A DNA stretch of 64,000 nucleotides from the human T2T-CHM13v2.0 reference genome, Homo sapiens: NCBI RefSeq assembly GCF_009914755.1, contig NC_060938.1; one strand, given 5' to 3'. The number at the start of each line of letters is the position of its first letter. Position 1 is the stretch's first letter. The translations under genes and the position numbers were made by a program. The notes beneath the pieces were generated by a model. The model was not told the DNA's origin, did no database searches, and saw nothing but the letters and a program-made list of their open reading frames with translations. Shown here piece after piece: positions 40,056 through 52,991 of the stretch.

Positions 40056-41808
40056 CAATAAAGTATTATTTTAAAATATTTTAGAAGATATCCATCCAAA
40101 CATCTATCATATGTAATTATTTGCAATTCATGTTTATTATAGAACCTGTGACAAAAAGTATCTGTAATGGAATAAGATGGTAAGCTTTACTTATGGCAAG
40201 CTAAAATGAGGAACATAACAACTGAAGGAAAAACACTTATCATACATTATCCTAGAAATGCTACATGTTGAATGACACACTCTAGCAACCATTCAACATT
40301 TGCTTGCCCAAACAAGCAGCAATACTGTTTGTCTAGAAACTAAATTTCATCTTTCTGAGCTCATTCCAACTATGACAGAGAATGCCTTCATATGCAAAAC
40401 ACTTGTAGGTAAGGTAAAATTAAGTCTTCCATTATGAGATCCAGTGTCTACAGCATTTGTGGGAGGGCTGAACACATGCTCTTCTGGGGTAGCTGCTATC
40501 ATCTGCATTTGCTTGACCCAGAAAATGCCTAGACTTCCAATTCCACTTCCCTAACACCCCTGTTTCTTATTGGGCCAGGGAACCTGATCTAAGAGTGTTC
40601 CACTAAACTACGGCCTTAACTCTATGTATAGTTTTTGTTTATTTTGATTTTAACATTCACCTCATCAACAAAAAGTACAAAATTTTATTTGTTGTACTTC
40701 CAGGCATGGCTGAAATTCACTATGAATTGTCAGATTGTCTAAAACCTCGTATTCCTCTGCTTGCTGGCATGTTCCAAACACCTGGATATGTTTTTGGACG
40801 TTCTGGGCTACTCCCATGCTAGCTCCCAATAAGAATCTAGCCTTACAGGTTTCCTGGGCTCACTCCCATGTGTCCACTAAATCCCATTTTCCTTCTTTTC
40901 TTCATTAGTCAGTACTGCTGGGGCCCTAATAATATGGATTATGTTCCAGCTTGCCTGAATTATGACACAGCGAGGTTATTAAAGTTAGAAGTTTTAAAAT
41001 CACATGTGGATTTTATGGAACTCATGCTGTCTATATAGACTAAAGTCATCAACCAACTGCTGTTCTGGGGGATTTTACTCCAGTACCGCAAGTAAGAATG
41101 TTAAAGCTCTTCAGCATCCCTTATTCCTGTCCACTTAAAGCATTCATCAGCAGTCATTCTTTTAATATAACATATAAAACTTAATGAATCATACAAATAT
41201 AACAAAATGCAGTTATTTTGGAATTCATTTTTTGACAAGTACAACTAAATACTGAATATGACTGCATGGACTACGGATTAATAACCAATTTTTAGCAAAA
41301 ATACATCACCAAGATAAAAGAGCATTTTCTTCACAGTAAAGAGAAATTTCAAATATGTCTTTAGAGAAGGTGGCATGGATGATTTACACCACTTAAAGTC
41401 TGTTTAACTGATCATTTATTCCAATTTAAATTTCATAGATATTGCCCCAAACACTATTAAGCTTATATTTTCTAAGGAGAATAAAGTTAAAGAGTATTTA
41501 AATAATTTCTGTTAAGAAATATTTGTAGATTGGTAAAATTATCTTTCTGCCAATCGTTATAGTCTATAAAAAATAATCCTGTTATATTGTAAATTGTTGC
41601 TGGGGTCAGAATATTTTTTAATGCAGAATTTTTTTCATGATCAACTTTTGATGACATTTACTTTGCTGGCTATAAAACATGTACTTCCAATTTTTTTTTA
41701 AGTTTGCACTGATGTTTATGAAGTAAGCTTCTATTTGGAGAGTTTTTAACTTTCTTTTGGTAGGGTAATTTCTTCCCTCACATCTTACTAAAACATAAAA
41801 TTAATGTC

Positions 41809-41858
41809 TTTTTTTTTTTTAACAGAGTCTCAGTATGTTGCCCAGGCTGGTTTTGAAC
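41809..41858 (-). mobile_element. Short Alu monomer (FLAM-like) 3' fragment
   Basis: Poly-T plus acagagtctcagtatgttgcccaggctggttttgaact. Confidence 0.75.
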
Positions 41859-42149
41859 TTACTATCACATTTATTGTCATTTTTGATATAAAATCGGCTG
41901 ATTACTGAAATAAATAATATATCTAACCTTGTGGAGTTTTTTGTTTTTAATACCTTTATTTGCTTTTCAAAATAACACTCTCTGTCAGCACCATAAGACA
42001 GGGTGAGAAAAAAACAAAACAAAATTCAACTCTTTGATAATCAGAGATCTTATATAAAAACTAAGGTTGAAACTCACATTAATACTGGATTATGAAATAA
42101 TATGTGTTTTTAGTGTCCAGGGCCAAAATCTAATAATCATTCTCCTCAT

Positions 42150-42585
42150 TTTAATCCACAATTTTGTTCATGCATCTTCCCCACAACTGCCTCCAGGGGA
42201 TGGATCTTGAGTACTGCTGGCTTGCACCAGTGCATGGCATTAACATGGCAACTGCAGTTAATCTGGTCCAGTCAGGTTAAAAAAATTATTTACATTTCGT
42301 GATTGGGGAACAGATTTTCTGTCTCTCATTGACTATGAAGAAAAACCCAACACAGTCCCAGGTCAAGTTCTCAGCCATCTTGCAAGCACAATGGAAACCA
42401 GCCAAAGGAAGAAACTATACACCAAAAATGGTAGGGCAGTAAGTAGAGAGGTCCTGATGCTATGGTTCAGTCAACAATCAATTATCGAGCACTGAGAAAT
42501 TCTGGAGATAAGAAATTCTCTTCTTATTTAGGCCAGTTCTGTCAGAATTTCCATTACTACAGCTCACAGTGTCCTAATTCATTCA
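42150..42585 (+). mobile_element. MLT1 (J/K/L-type) LTR
   Basis: cagccatcttg...ggtcctgatg...aaattctcttcttatttaggccagtt...cctaattcattca. Confidence 0.6.
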
Positions 42586-43122
42586 GTTTACTAAAAGAAT
42601 AATCCAATGGATAAATCAAACTTAAGTATATTTCAGGTACAGATTATTCATTTGTTGTTTTGTATTCCACTTATGTACAATTAATAACTTCTAATGTTTT
42701 AATTTCAAAAAGGTCACTTTTAAAGAAAGGTTCATCTTAAGCATGAGGAACTGTAAATCTGCTTTTAAAGATCTATGGTTACATTCATAGAGCAAAAACT
42801 TTAATGAAGTATTGAATAAAATGTTTAGGCAAAATAAATCTTCATTGTTGAAGATAGGAAAATATTTAAACTGGAATTAAGTGTAACCTCACACATTGAT
42901 CAAATCTAATGAATAAAGGAAAAGGTTTTTTTAAAATCAATATATAATATTAGAATGTGTCCAGATAAGATGCCATAAAATATTAACCTTAAAAATGTTA
43001 TCTTCTTTCTCAAATATGCCACAGAATTAATTACAAAAACTAAAATTAAAAGAAAGAATGCTTTTCTACTTAAAGAAATAATAGACATAGGACCCACTTA
43101 GTATCCTCAATATATTATATTC

Positions 43123-43179
43123 TTGGTGCAAATGTAATTGCGGTTTTTGCCATTACTTTCAATGGCAAAACCAACCTAA
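43123..43179. mobile_element. MADE1 (Hsmar1 mariner MITE), internally deleted
   Basis: ttggtgcaaatgtaattgcggtttttgccattactttcaatggcaaaaccaacctaa matches MADE1 lacking about 18 nt of the right TIR. Confidence 0.9.
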
Positions 43180-43229
43180 CGTGAACATTCTCTAAACCAA
43201 AGCTGCTACTATCATATTCAAATAAGCAC

Positions 43230-43372
43230 AGATTTTGGAGTTAGAGATATATGTTCAACTTAGACAAGTTCTTTAACCTCTTTAAGTCAGTATACTCATG
43301 TGCAAAATGAGGATAATAATTTTCCTTTCATGGAGTTGTTAGAAGATTAAATGATATATTACTTTGTAAGTG
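43230..43372 (+). mobile_element. MIR
   Basis: gacaagttctttaacctctttaagtcagtatactcatgtgcaaaatgaggataataa...gttagaagattaaatga. Confidence 0.75.
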
Positions 43373-43437
43373 ATACTTTTTTCTGTATTTCCATTTCATA
43401 TTATCAACCAAAGGTATATATTCTCTTAAAAATATAC

Positions 43438-44769
43438 AGCCCCAGAAACAACACTACACATCTACAACCATCTGATATTTGACAAACCTTACAGAAACAA
43501 GCAATGGGGAAAGGATTCCCTATTTAATAAATGGTGTTGGGAAAACTGTCTAGCCATATGCAGAAAGCTGAAACTGGATCCCTTCCTTACACCTTATACA
43601 AAAATTAATTCAAGATGGATTAAAGACTGAAACATAAGACCTAAAACCATAAAAACCCTAGAAGAAAACCTAGGCAATACCATTCAGGACATAGGCATAG
43701 GCAAAGACTTCATGACTAAAATACAAAAGCAATGGGAACAAAAGTCAAAATTGACAAATGGGACCTGATTAAACTACAGAGCTTCCGCACAGCAAAAGAA
43801 ACTATCATCAGAGTGAACAGGCAACCTACAGAATGGGAGAAAATTTTTGCAATCCATCCATCTGAAAAAGGGCTAGTATCCAGAATCTACAAAGAACTTA
43901 AACCAATTTACAAGAAAAAAACAAACAACCCCATCAAAAAGTAGGTGAAGGATATAAACAGGCACTTCTCAAAAGAAGACATTTATGCAGCCAACAAACA
44001 TGAAAAAAACTTCATCATCACTGGTCATTACAGAAATGCAAATCAAAACCACAATGAGATACCATCTCATGCTGGTTAGAATTGTGATCATTAAAAAGCC
44101 AGGAAACAATAGATGCTGGAGAAGATGTGGAGAAATAGGAATGCTTTTACACTGTTGGTGGGAGTGTAAATTAGTTCAACCATTGTGGAAGACAGTGTGG
44201 CAATTCCTCAAGGATCTAGAAGTAGAAATACCATTTGACACAGCAATCCCATTACTGGGTATATACCCAAAGGATTATAAATCATTCTACTATAAAGTCA
44301 CATGCACACGTATATTTATTGTGACACTATTCACAATAGCAAAGACTTGGGACCAACCCAAATGTCCATTAATGATAGACTGGATTAAGAAAATGTGGCA
44401 CATATACACCATGGAATACTATGCAGCCATAAAAAAGGATGAGTTCATGTCCTTTGCAGGGACATGGATGAAGCTGGAAACCATCATTCTCAGCAAACTA
44501 ACACAAGAACAGAAAACCAAACACTGCATGTTCTCATTCATAAGTGGGAATTGATCAATGAGAACACATGGACATAAGGCGGGGAACATCACACAGTGGG
44601 GCCTGTCGGGGGGCGGTGGGGGGATAGGGGAGGCATAGCATTAGGAGAAATACCTAATGTAGATGACGGGTTGATGGGTGCAGCAAACCACCAGGGCACG
44701 TGTATACCTATGTAACAAACCTGCAAGTTCCACACACGTATCCCAGAACTTAAAGTATAATTAAAAAAA
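43438..44769 (+). mobile_element. 5'-truncated L1PA7/8-like (ORF2 C-terminus and 3' UTR)
   Basis: ORF 43985-44554 encodes the L1 ORF2 Cys-rich C-terminus ([27 protein letters not shown]); 3' UTR gtagatgacgggttgatgggtgcagcaaaccacc. Confidence 0.95.
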
Positions 44770-46389
44770 TACTGCATACATTCACACAAACACACCTGAA
44801 CAGTACATTCTTATGCACACACATACATACTTTGCTCATTTGTTAAATAAAAGTATATGCAGTCAGAATACAGAATCTGGTTTTTGGTCTCCACCATTTA
44901 TTCTTATTACTCCTTCCACATAGCATGTCTTCCATGTCTGTTTTACTGCAGAAAGAAGTTCCAAATAGAATCTGAGGCTATTCAATCCCATCCCTTGCTG
45001 TTCCAAATTGTTGCACTGCTTGTGGCATTTATGATTTATTACATTGCTGATTTTTCTTCTCTACAAAATACAAGGTATGTGTGTGTACAGTGACTATGAA
45101 CAACAATTTTGACTTCCATGTGCTCTCTTATTACTTTATAAAAGCCGCTTGTATATTTTTAATGTCCCCACACAAACTTTATCTAAATCATGGGCCATAT
45201 TTTATGTATTAGATTAACTGCTAGCTGTACATCTTGCTTAAATCAGAAATATTTGGGATCATGTTATTAATTATAACAATTGCTTGAATATGATTAAGGC
45301 TATTAAACTTTGATTGCATAATTTTAAACAAATTCTGACCCGATTCAAACATAAGAATCGATCATCAAAAATGTTTAAGGGATGAATTGGTGGTATCCCC
45401 TAGGTCAATACTCAGGTTTTTGCAGAGTTGGCTTACAAAGGACCAAATATTTCAGGTAGAAATTCCACCAAATCCTAAAATAGGCAGCATGTCTTCTCTA
45501 GGTCCTCTGGGAGGAACTCTCTACCTCCAATGGTACTACTCAAGAGAGGCAGCCAAGTTTCTGGGAAGGCAACTAGCTGGACTTAGGAATACAGACCTCA
45601 GAAACAGTAATATATTTTTTCACAATGGAAAATTAACTGGCCCATATATAAATGGAACCAGAAATTCTGGCCTCAGCAGCACAATCCAATAGTGTAAACC
45701 AATCAGAATAGCAGACTAATTTAAACTTCATATATGAAACAAATTTACCCGACTTTGATTAGAATTTTAATATAAATGCTCTTTATTTTTTGGTTATTTT
45801 AATATTTTCTTTCTAGTTCAGTGTAAAGCAATAATTAAAGGCAGAAATTATGCTAAGAAACAGACAATCTAATTCATTTACCACAGTCTTCTGTTTTTTT
45901 TAGCAGATCCCTATGAAACAATACCAACGACCAACCCCTCTGCAACTGATTATTTCTCTAATTTAATGCGTAATCCCGTAACCAAATATATCCATTAAGG
46001 AATTTGCTTCTCCGACTCATTTTACACCCCTGGAAACATTAACAGATATAAGTTCCATCAAAATATCAATGAAAAGATGAGAGTTGATTAAGATAACAAC
46101 ACTGAAGAAATGAGCATTATTCTTTTGGGGAGTGTTTTCCAAGCAGTTGAGTATGAACTGTTGGTTAGAGAATCCAGCATAATATACATAGACTATTACT
46201 AGCTCTGAAAAAGTAGCTTGCTATCAGCCACATTATAATCTTTTGGATAATACTGGCAGCAATGTTATTACATTTCTCATTTCCAGGGCCCTGAGGACTT
46301 GCCATATCACTAGACAGCACGTTTTTTCACAAACCCAGTGTTCATCTTACACACTGGTCTTTAACCATTAGAGTCTAATAGAAAACAAA

Positions 46390-46520
46390 TCTTTCTCACG
46401 CTCAGTTTCCTTATCTGTGAAATGGGGGAAAAGTAATAATTACCTAATGTGCTCGGGTATTCTGTGGTTTAACTAATTAGAGGTTGTAAAGCCTGATAAA
46501 GCACCAAGTGGTATTAAATG
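46390..46520 (+). mobile_element. MIR3-type core fragment
   Basis: ctcagtttccttatctgtgaaatggg is the MIR core. Confidence 0.65.
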
Positions 46521-47504
46521 TCTATATAACATGCATTTACTGGCCAACTTGTGCTCCAGCTGCTTAAACACAGCTGCTCTTAATAAGCAGGAGAAAATCA
46601 GCTAAAAGCATATGAAGAGCTGATTGGAAGAAATGACATGGAAGGAGTGTTTTACAACTCATGCATTTGTTAACCTTATTTTAAAAATTAAGAAGTGATT
46701 TCATTGTAGAATGCTGCTGTTTTCAGAAATTCCAGAAAGGTGAAACAGTAGAGAGTAAAACTTCAAAGTTAATAGAAAAAAAAAATACTTTCAATTCTAT
46801 GGACTGCATCAAAAGTGCTTTGAATCAAAATGAACATTTTTTGTCTTTATTCGCTATTCTCTTTTCTCTTTGTTATGCTGATAATAAACTTCACATGGTG
46901 TATATAAGTACAAGCAAAAACATTAGGTTATATATGGCAAGTTCTTATGGAGAAGAAAATGGGTTCTGTGGATCGTGGCTTTTTTTACATGCTAGAGTCA
47001 GACCAAGGAAGAGAGCAGATTAAACCCAAGTAGGTATTAGGCGATTCAAACACTATTGTCCTTGCTGAAGATCAGCAACTGTGGCCCTATCCATATCACA
47101 AGCCTAAGTAAAGGTACTTTACTACTCCTTTGCGGTCTTACTTCCTGGGCTGCTTGCTAAGGTCCCCATGCCAGAATCCTATACACTGGCCAGCTTTGCA
47201 AGTGCATCTTTCCTCTCCTGGGTTCCTGGGCTTGGCCCAGCAACGGAACTTTCATATGCTTTGTCCCTGGCTTCCCTTATATTCAGCCACCCTTATATTC
47301 CAACTCTGTATTTCTTAGTCCAGTTTGATGGACTAAATACAATTTTCAAATATTCTTTTTGCTTTCATATTCTTAACTATGAATTGTACCCTAATTCTAG
47401 TTAATCCAGTCATGACAGGTCAATTGTAATATCTGATTTCTGCCTTTAAAATGAAGAATGTTCTTTGCCTTCATGTCTAGTACCACTGCTATTATTACTA
47501 ATAA

Positions 47505-47755
47505 TAAAAATAATAGATAAAATTTATTCAGTGCTTATTATGAATGAGAAAAACTTCTTAATACTTTACATATACTAATTATTTAACCTGAACACCAACA
47601 CTGTAAGGTAGTTGCTACTGTTAGCTCTGTTTACAGATGGCAAAACTGAGGCACTAAAGAGCAAATAATCTGCCCAAAGTTATGAAGCCAGTCACTAGAG
47701 CTGGAATTTGAAGCCAGCAAGTCTGGCCCCAGAGTCTGTGCTCCTCACTGCTCTA
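47505..47755 (-). mobile_element. MIR, near full length
   Basis: tttacagatggcaaaactgaggcac...tgcccaaagtt...gagctggaatttgaagccag. Confidence 0.85.
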
Positions 47756-47835
47756 TTCCAGCTGCTATGTGGCCCTGGGCTACCCACACCCTCTATCTTC
47801 TATCATTAAGGGGCATAAGTGCATGAGTATACGTG

Positions 47836-47888
47836 GGTCTGTGTGTATAAAGTGTACATAGGTCTGTGTGTATAAAGTTTATATAGGT
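47836..47888. repeat. 25-bp tandem duplication (2 copies)
   Basis: ggtctgtgtgtataaagtgtacata / ggtctgtgtgtataaagtttatata. Confidence 0.85.
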
Positions 47889-49635
47889 AGGTGTCTTCTA
47901 TTTTTGGAACACCCATGGCTTATTTTAGTATGAGTGACTTCTGAGTTTACTCTTCCAGATTACTTTTCTGAGTAGATAATTTCTAATCATTGTGTCCATT
48001 TTACAAAACGCAATCAATATATTAACTTTGCAAATGGACAACTGTAGTAAACGAAATAATGGAGAGGACATTTTATTAGATAATTGAAAAACAGAAAAAA
48101 ATCAAATCCCAGTACTACAGTGAAGAGTAATTTCCTTTTAAATACTGATGATATGATTTTCATCATTTTAATGAACAGCTTTCATATAAAATAGCAAGCA
48201 AAAAAATCTGGTCCCATTATCTAAATATTTGAAGAAATGAGTCACACATTAATTCTATCAAAAGCATAAACATATTTTCTGGCAAATAACCAAAACCATC
48301 TAGTCTATCTTTAAAACTGTGTAGACTCTGAGAGAAATTCCACCATGTCACTTGGAACTGCTGATTGACTGGCCGAACATGCTGACTATTAATACAAGTT
48401 TTAAAGTATTTCCAGGCAAAAATTACTTTTGCCATGCCAACCTCATAGGTAATCATTAGAAAATAAAACTTTGGATGTTTTGCCATCTACTATCCATGAA
48501 GGACAAGAAGTAATGTTTAGGGAACATGTGTGTGAGCCACCCTTTCCCTTGGTACTTTAAATTTTATCAGAGATCAAGATCAGCTACTGTAAGGATTTGA
48601 ATTTCAATTACATAAATTTTGTCCCTCACAGAATCAACTTTACTAAAAGACAATTTAATATTGTGCTTCTAATTTTGAAGGTCACATAAAATATACATAA
48701 AATTTAATACTGATATTATGTAAAAATATAATTTAGGACATTTCCTATCAATTTATATTTAGCACACAAAAACCCACATGATGCATTTTGGAATTCAGTG
48801 CTAAAGAAATCTGGGCTTCCTCTGAAGAACTATTATATATATTCCTTTATCAGTGTTATAAATTACATAATTACATCATGTTTGCTTCCTCCTTAACCCC
48901 AACTCCAGTTTCCTAGAAGCTGAAGTACAAATCTGAATGTCAATCACAGAGACTGTTTATATGTATGCTTATAACTTGGCTTCTATATATTTGAAACAGA
49001 TTTTCTAACTTAATTTCTATTTTCCCATTTCATTACAGATACTATTTTTAAACCAGTATCAAAGTTTTTATGAAATATTTAAGCTGTAAGCAAAAACAAA
49101 AAACATAAAAATCAGCTTACTCTAGAAAGAATTAAATATGTATTTCTACAGTATAGACCAGTATTGTTAAAACTGCTTCCATAATGGAGTTTTAATGTGA
49201 ATTACTGGTATGATTTTAAAAACAACTAAAAATAGAGAGATTCCTTCCACATGAATTTGGCTCTTCATTTCCCTGCTTTTGTCATATCTCAGAATTAAGG
49301 TATGCATGATGGTGCAAATGTCAAATCAATCATTATAAAAACAAACAGCCATATTTCCCCAGTGTTCAATCTCCAAAGTCAATCTGTACTGTATTGGAAG
49401 AGTACAAATTTAAAGGAGCCAATGAGGTGCATACATGAGAAGGGAGCCTTGCAAAAATATACTAGTTTATTACTGTGGGTGAAGACAAATGTTAGTATTG
49501 ATAATAACAAAAATAGTATAAATGGCTTACTATGGGCCAAATACTCATTTAACTGATAACTTCTTTAGCTCATCTCAAAAATCTAAGATATATTTTCTAT
49601 CTCTAGTCTGTGCATCAGTGTATCAGTGCCTTAGG

Positions 49636-49905
49636 AGGCAGATTCTCATTCTGTCACCCAGGCTGCGATTTCAGCTCACTGCAGCCTCGACCTCCCAGGC
49701 CTAAGCAATCCTCCTGCCTCAGCCTCCTAAGTATCTGGGACCACGGGCATGTGCCACTATACCCCCCTAATTTTGTTTATTTTTTTATAGAGATGTGGTC
49801 TCACTATATTGCCCAGGCTGGTCTCAAATGCCTATGTTTAAGCAACCCTCTTGCCTCTGCCTCCCAAAGTGCTAAGATTACAAGCATGAGCCACCATGCC
49901 CAGCC
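49636..49905 (-). mobile_element. AluJ lacking a poly(A) tail
   Basis: ctgcagcctcgacctcccaggcctaagcaatcc...gagccaccatgcccagcc; no T-run at the left end. Confidence 0.88.
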
Positions 49906-50026
49906 TAGACTATTCTTAAAGAAAGATGGTAAAGTTAATCATGTTACTGTGCATATTTCTGTAAAGGAGGAAGATATATGAGACAGGAGACAAAAGTAGA
50001 GTAAAGAGTAGAAATAAGCTGCTTGA

Positions 50027-51286
50027 CAATGGGGAAAGGATTCCCTATTTAATAAATGGTGCTGGGAAAACTGGCTAGCTATATGCAGAAAATTGAAGCT
50101 GAATCCCTTCCTTACACCTCATACACTTTATATAAAAATTAACTCCAGATGGGTTAAAGACGTAAATGTAAAACCCCAAACCATAAAAACCCTAGAAGAA
50201 AACCTAGGCAATAGCATTCAGGACATAGGCACGGGCAAAGACTTCATGATGCAAACGCCAAAAGCAATTGCAATACAAGCCAAAACTGACAAATAGGATC
50301 TAATTAAACTAAAAAGCTTCTGCACAGCAAAAGAAACTATCATCAGAGGGAACAGACAACCTACAGAATGGGAGAAAATTTGTGCAATCTACCCATGTGA
50401 CAAAGGTCTAGTATCCAGAATCTACAAGTAACTTAAACAAATTTACAAGAAAAAACAACCCCATCAAAAAGTGGGCAAAGGATATGAACAGATACTTCTC
50501 AAAAGAAGACATTTATGCAGCCAACAAACATATGGAAAAAAGCTCAACATCACTGATCATTAGAGAAATGCAAATCAAAACTGCACGCCAGTCAGAATGG
50601 CGATTATTAAAAATTCAATAAACAATAGATGCTGGCAAGGCTGTTTAGAAATAGAAATGCTTTAATTCTGTTGGTAGGAATGTAAATTAGTTCAACCACT
50701 GCAGAAGACAGTGTGGTGATTCCTCAAAGATCTAGAACCAGAAATACCATTTGACTGAGCAATCCCATTACTGGGTATATACCCAAAGGAATATAAACCA
50801 TCCTACGGCAAAGACACATGCACACTTGTTTACTGGAGAGCTATTTACAATAGCAAAGACATAGAACCCACCCAAATGTCCATCAATGATAGACTGGATA
50901 AAGAAAAAGCAGTATATATACACCATGGAATACTATGCAGCCATAAAAAGGAATGAGATCATGTCCTTTTCATGGACATGGATGAAGCTGGGAGTCATTA
51001 TCCTCCACAAACTAACACAGAAACAGAAAACCAAACACTACATGTTCTCACTCGTAAGTGAGACAGATGGACACAGAGAGGGGAACAACACACATCAGAG
51101 CCAGTCAGGGGGTGGGGGTGAGGGGAAGGAGAGCATTAGGACAAATAGCTAATGCATGTGGGGCCTAAAACCTAGATGACAGGTTGATAGGCCCAGCACA
51201 CCATTGCACACATATACCTATGTAACAAACCTACACATTCTGCACTTGTATCTTGGAACTTAAAGTAAAATAAAAAATTTAAAAAA
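50027..51286 (+). mobile_element. 5'-truncated L1PA8A/10-like
   Basis: ORF2 C-terminal remnants and 3' UTR (gacaaatagctaatgcatgtgggg); TSD agaaataagctgcttga (50010-50026) / agaaataaactgcttga (51287-51303). Confidence 0.93.
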
Positions 51287-52759
51287 AGAAATAAACTGCT
51301 TGAGCAAAATGATGTCCCAATACACAATGTCCCAAAAGTATGGTGAATTTCCATCTTACTCTATGGAAATTATCAAAATCTAAATTCAGTTCCCCAGCCA
51401 AGCAATGACGATAGTGAGACATCACCAAAATAGGGCAAAATTAAGTTTGCTAGTTTTACTAATTGTCTTTCTTCTCAAATAATGGAAAAACAGCAGAGTT
51501 AATATTTTTCTTTTTAATTCATCCACTACCATAATTCCTACAAAAAGTACTGACTTATTAAGTTCTTTTGGATTCTTTAAATGTTGTTTTTAGTCAACAT
51601 CAGAAGTGTTTTTCTAAGTTTGCATGATCTTCATAACTATCATTGTTAGAGGCTACATGATGTGCTATGCTGTTGATACATCACAATTTATCAAAGCATT
51701 CCCTATGTTATCCAGTTAGCTTGTTTACATTTTGTACTGCAATGAATTTATTCTTGCTTTAGTTGAAAGATTTTCTTAAGGCAAACTTCTGGGAGTACCA
51801 TGTTAGGTCAAAGTATATGAATATCTTACCCTTAGCATTCCAGGAAAAATAATCATCACCATTTGCTATTTGGGTTCAATTTTTTAATACAAATATCTTA
51901 AATATATTTTTAAGTTTTATGAATAATTTACAGAACAGGAAAGACAATTGAAAAGTTACAATTTGTAAAAATATTGAAACATACTAACCTCTTTTCCAAA
52001 TGAATTCTTGGATAAAAATATTACAAAAGATAACCTTTTATCAAAATAGAATGGATCAAGTTTTTGTAGTAAAGTATGACATGATAATGTCCTTCCAGTT
52101 GAATGACTAATGAAGTGAGAATGCCATATTTATTTTTGTCCTTAAAAAGATATTATTCATCCACTTATTCTTGATTTTGAGAAAATTCATCTAGGATATG
52201 GTAATCTGAAGATTCATGGTTTGAGATTTTGCTTAGAAATTTCAGCAACATAATCAAAGTCTATAGTGCTGCTGTTTCTTTTCACTCATTTAATAATTGC
52301 AGATTATCTTCCCTTTTAATTGTATTTTTTAGTAATTTTATGATAGTTGAACATTAATGATGAATAAAGAAATAATCCCTAGGAATGATGAAACAGCAAT
52401 GTGTTTCAAGATACAGGAAAAATGATACCGCTAAAATCCCATAATATATCTTAAATTTATAATAAGGGCCAATGGACTGATATGATAATTTAAAAAGATA
52501 GGGTAAGTTTTATTCTCACTTTTAAAATGAAATATGTGTTCTCTTTGTGCTTTGGAAGACATCTAAAAATAATAAAAATCATGATACATCAATCTTTACA
52601 GAAAGTTAGGATTGCTCTCAAAAGACACTAAAATCTACAATTGAATCCAGTAGACTCAACGCTATACAGAGGGAAGGTAGTCCTTGCTACACATCCATTT
52701 TCCAGGTGAAAACATTTTTTAAAAAGTGATAGCAATCACTAAAACTATTGGATACCCAT

Positions 52760-52980
52760 TATTAGTATTATTACATGTTACTATGCTATGTGAATATATG
52801 TATTTACATCTAATTTACATAGTAGGTTCAAAGAGGGAGGAATTATTATTCTTATATTACAGATGTGAAAGCAGATCCAAAGAGATTGTTTTTCTTTGTC
52901 AAATTCACACCCCAATTAAATGGTAGAGCAAAAACTTGAACCCAGCTCTATTGAATACTCTCCAAAGCTCAAGTTTTTAC
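52760..52980 (-). mobile_element. MIR
   Basis: attattcttatattacagatgtgaaag...aaatggtagagcaaaaacttgaacccag. Confidence 0.7.
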
Positions 52981-52991
52981 ATGTAAATTAA

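Noticed and set aside
43985-44554. 189-aa ORF, the longest in the track
   Set aside because: It is the C-terminus of L1 ORF2p in a 5'-truncated, frameshifted L1, not a host gene.
45641-45656. CC-(A/T)n-GG resembling an SRF CArG box
   Set aside because: The A/T spacer is 10 nt, not the required 6.
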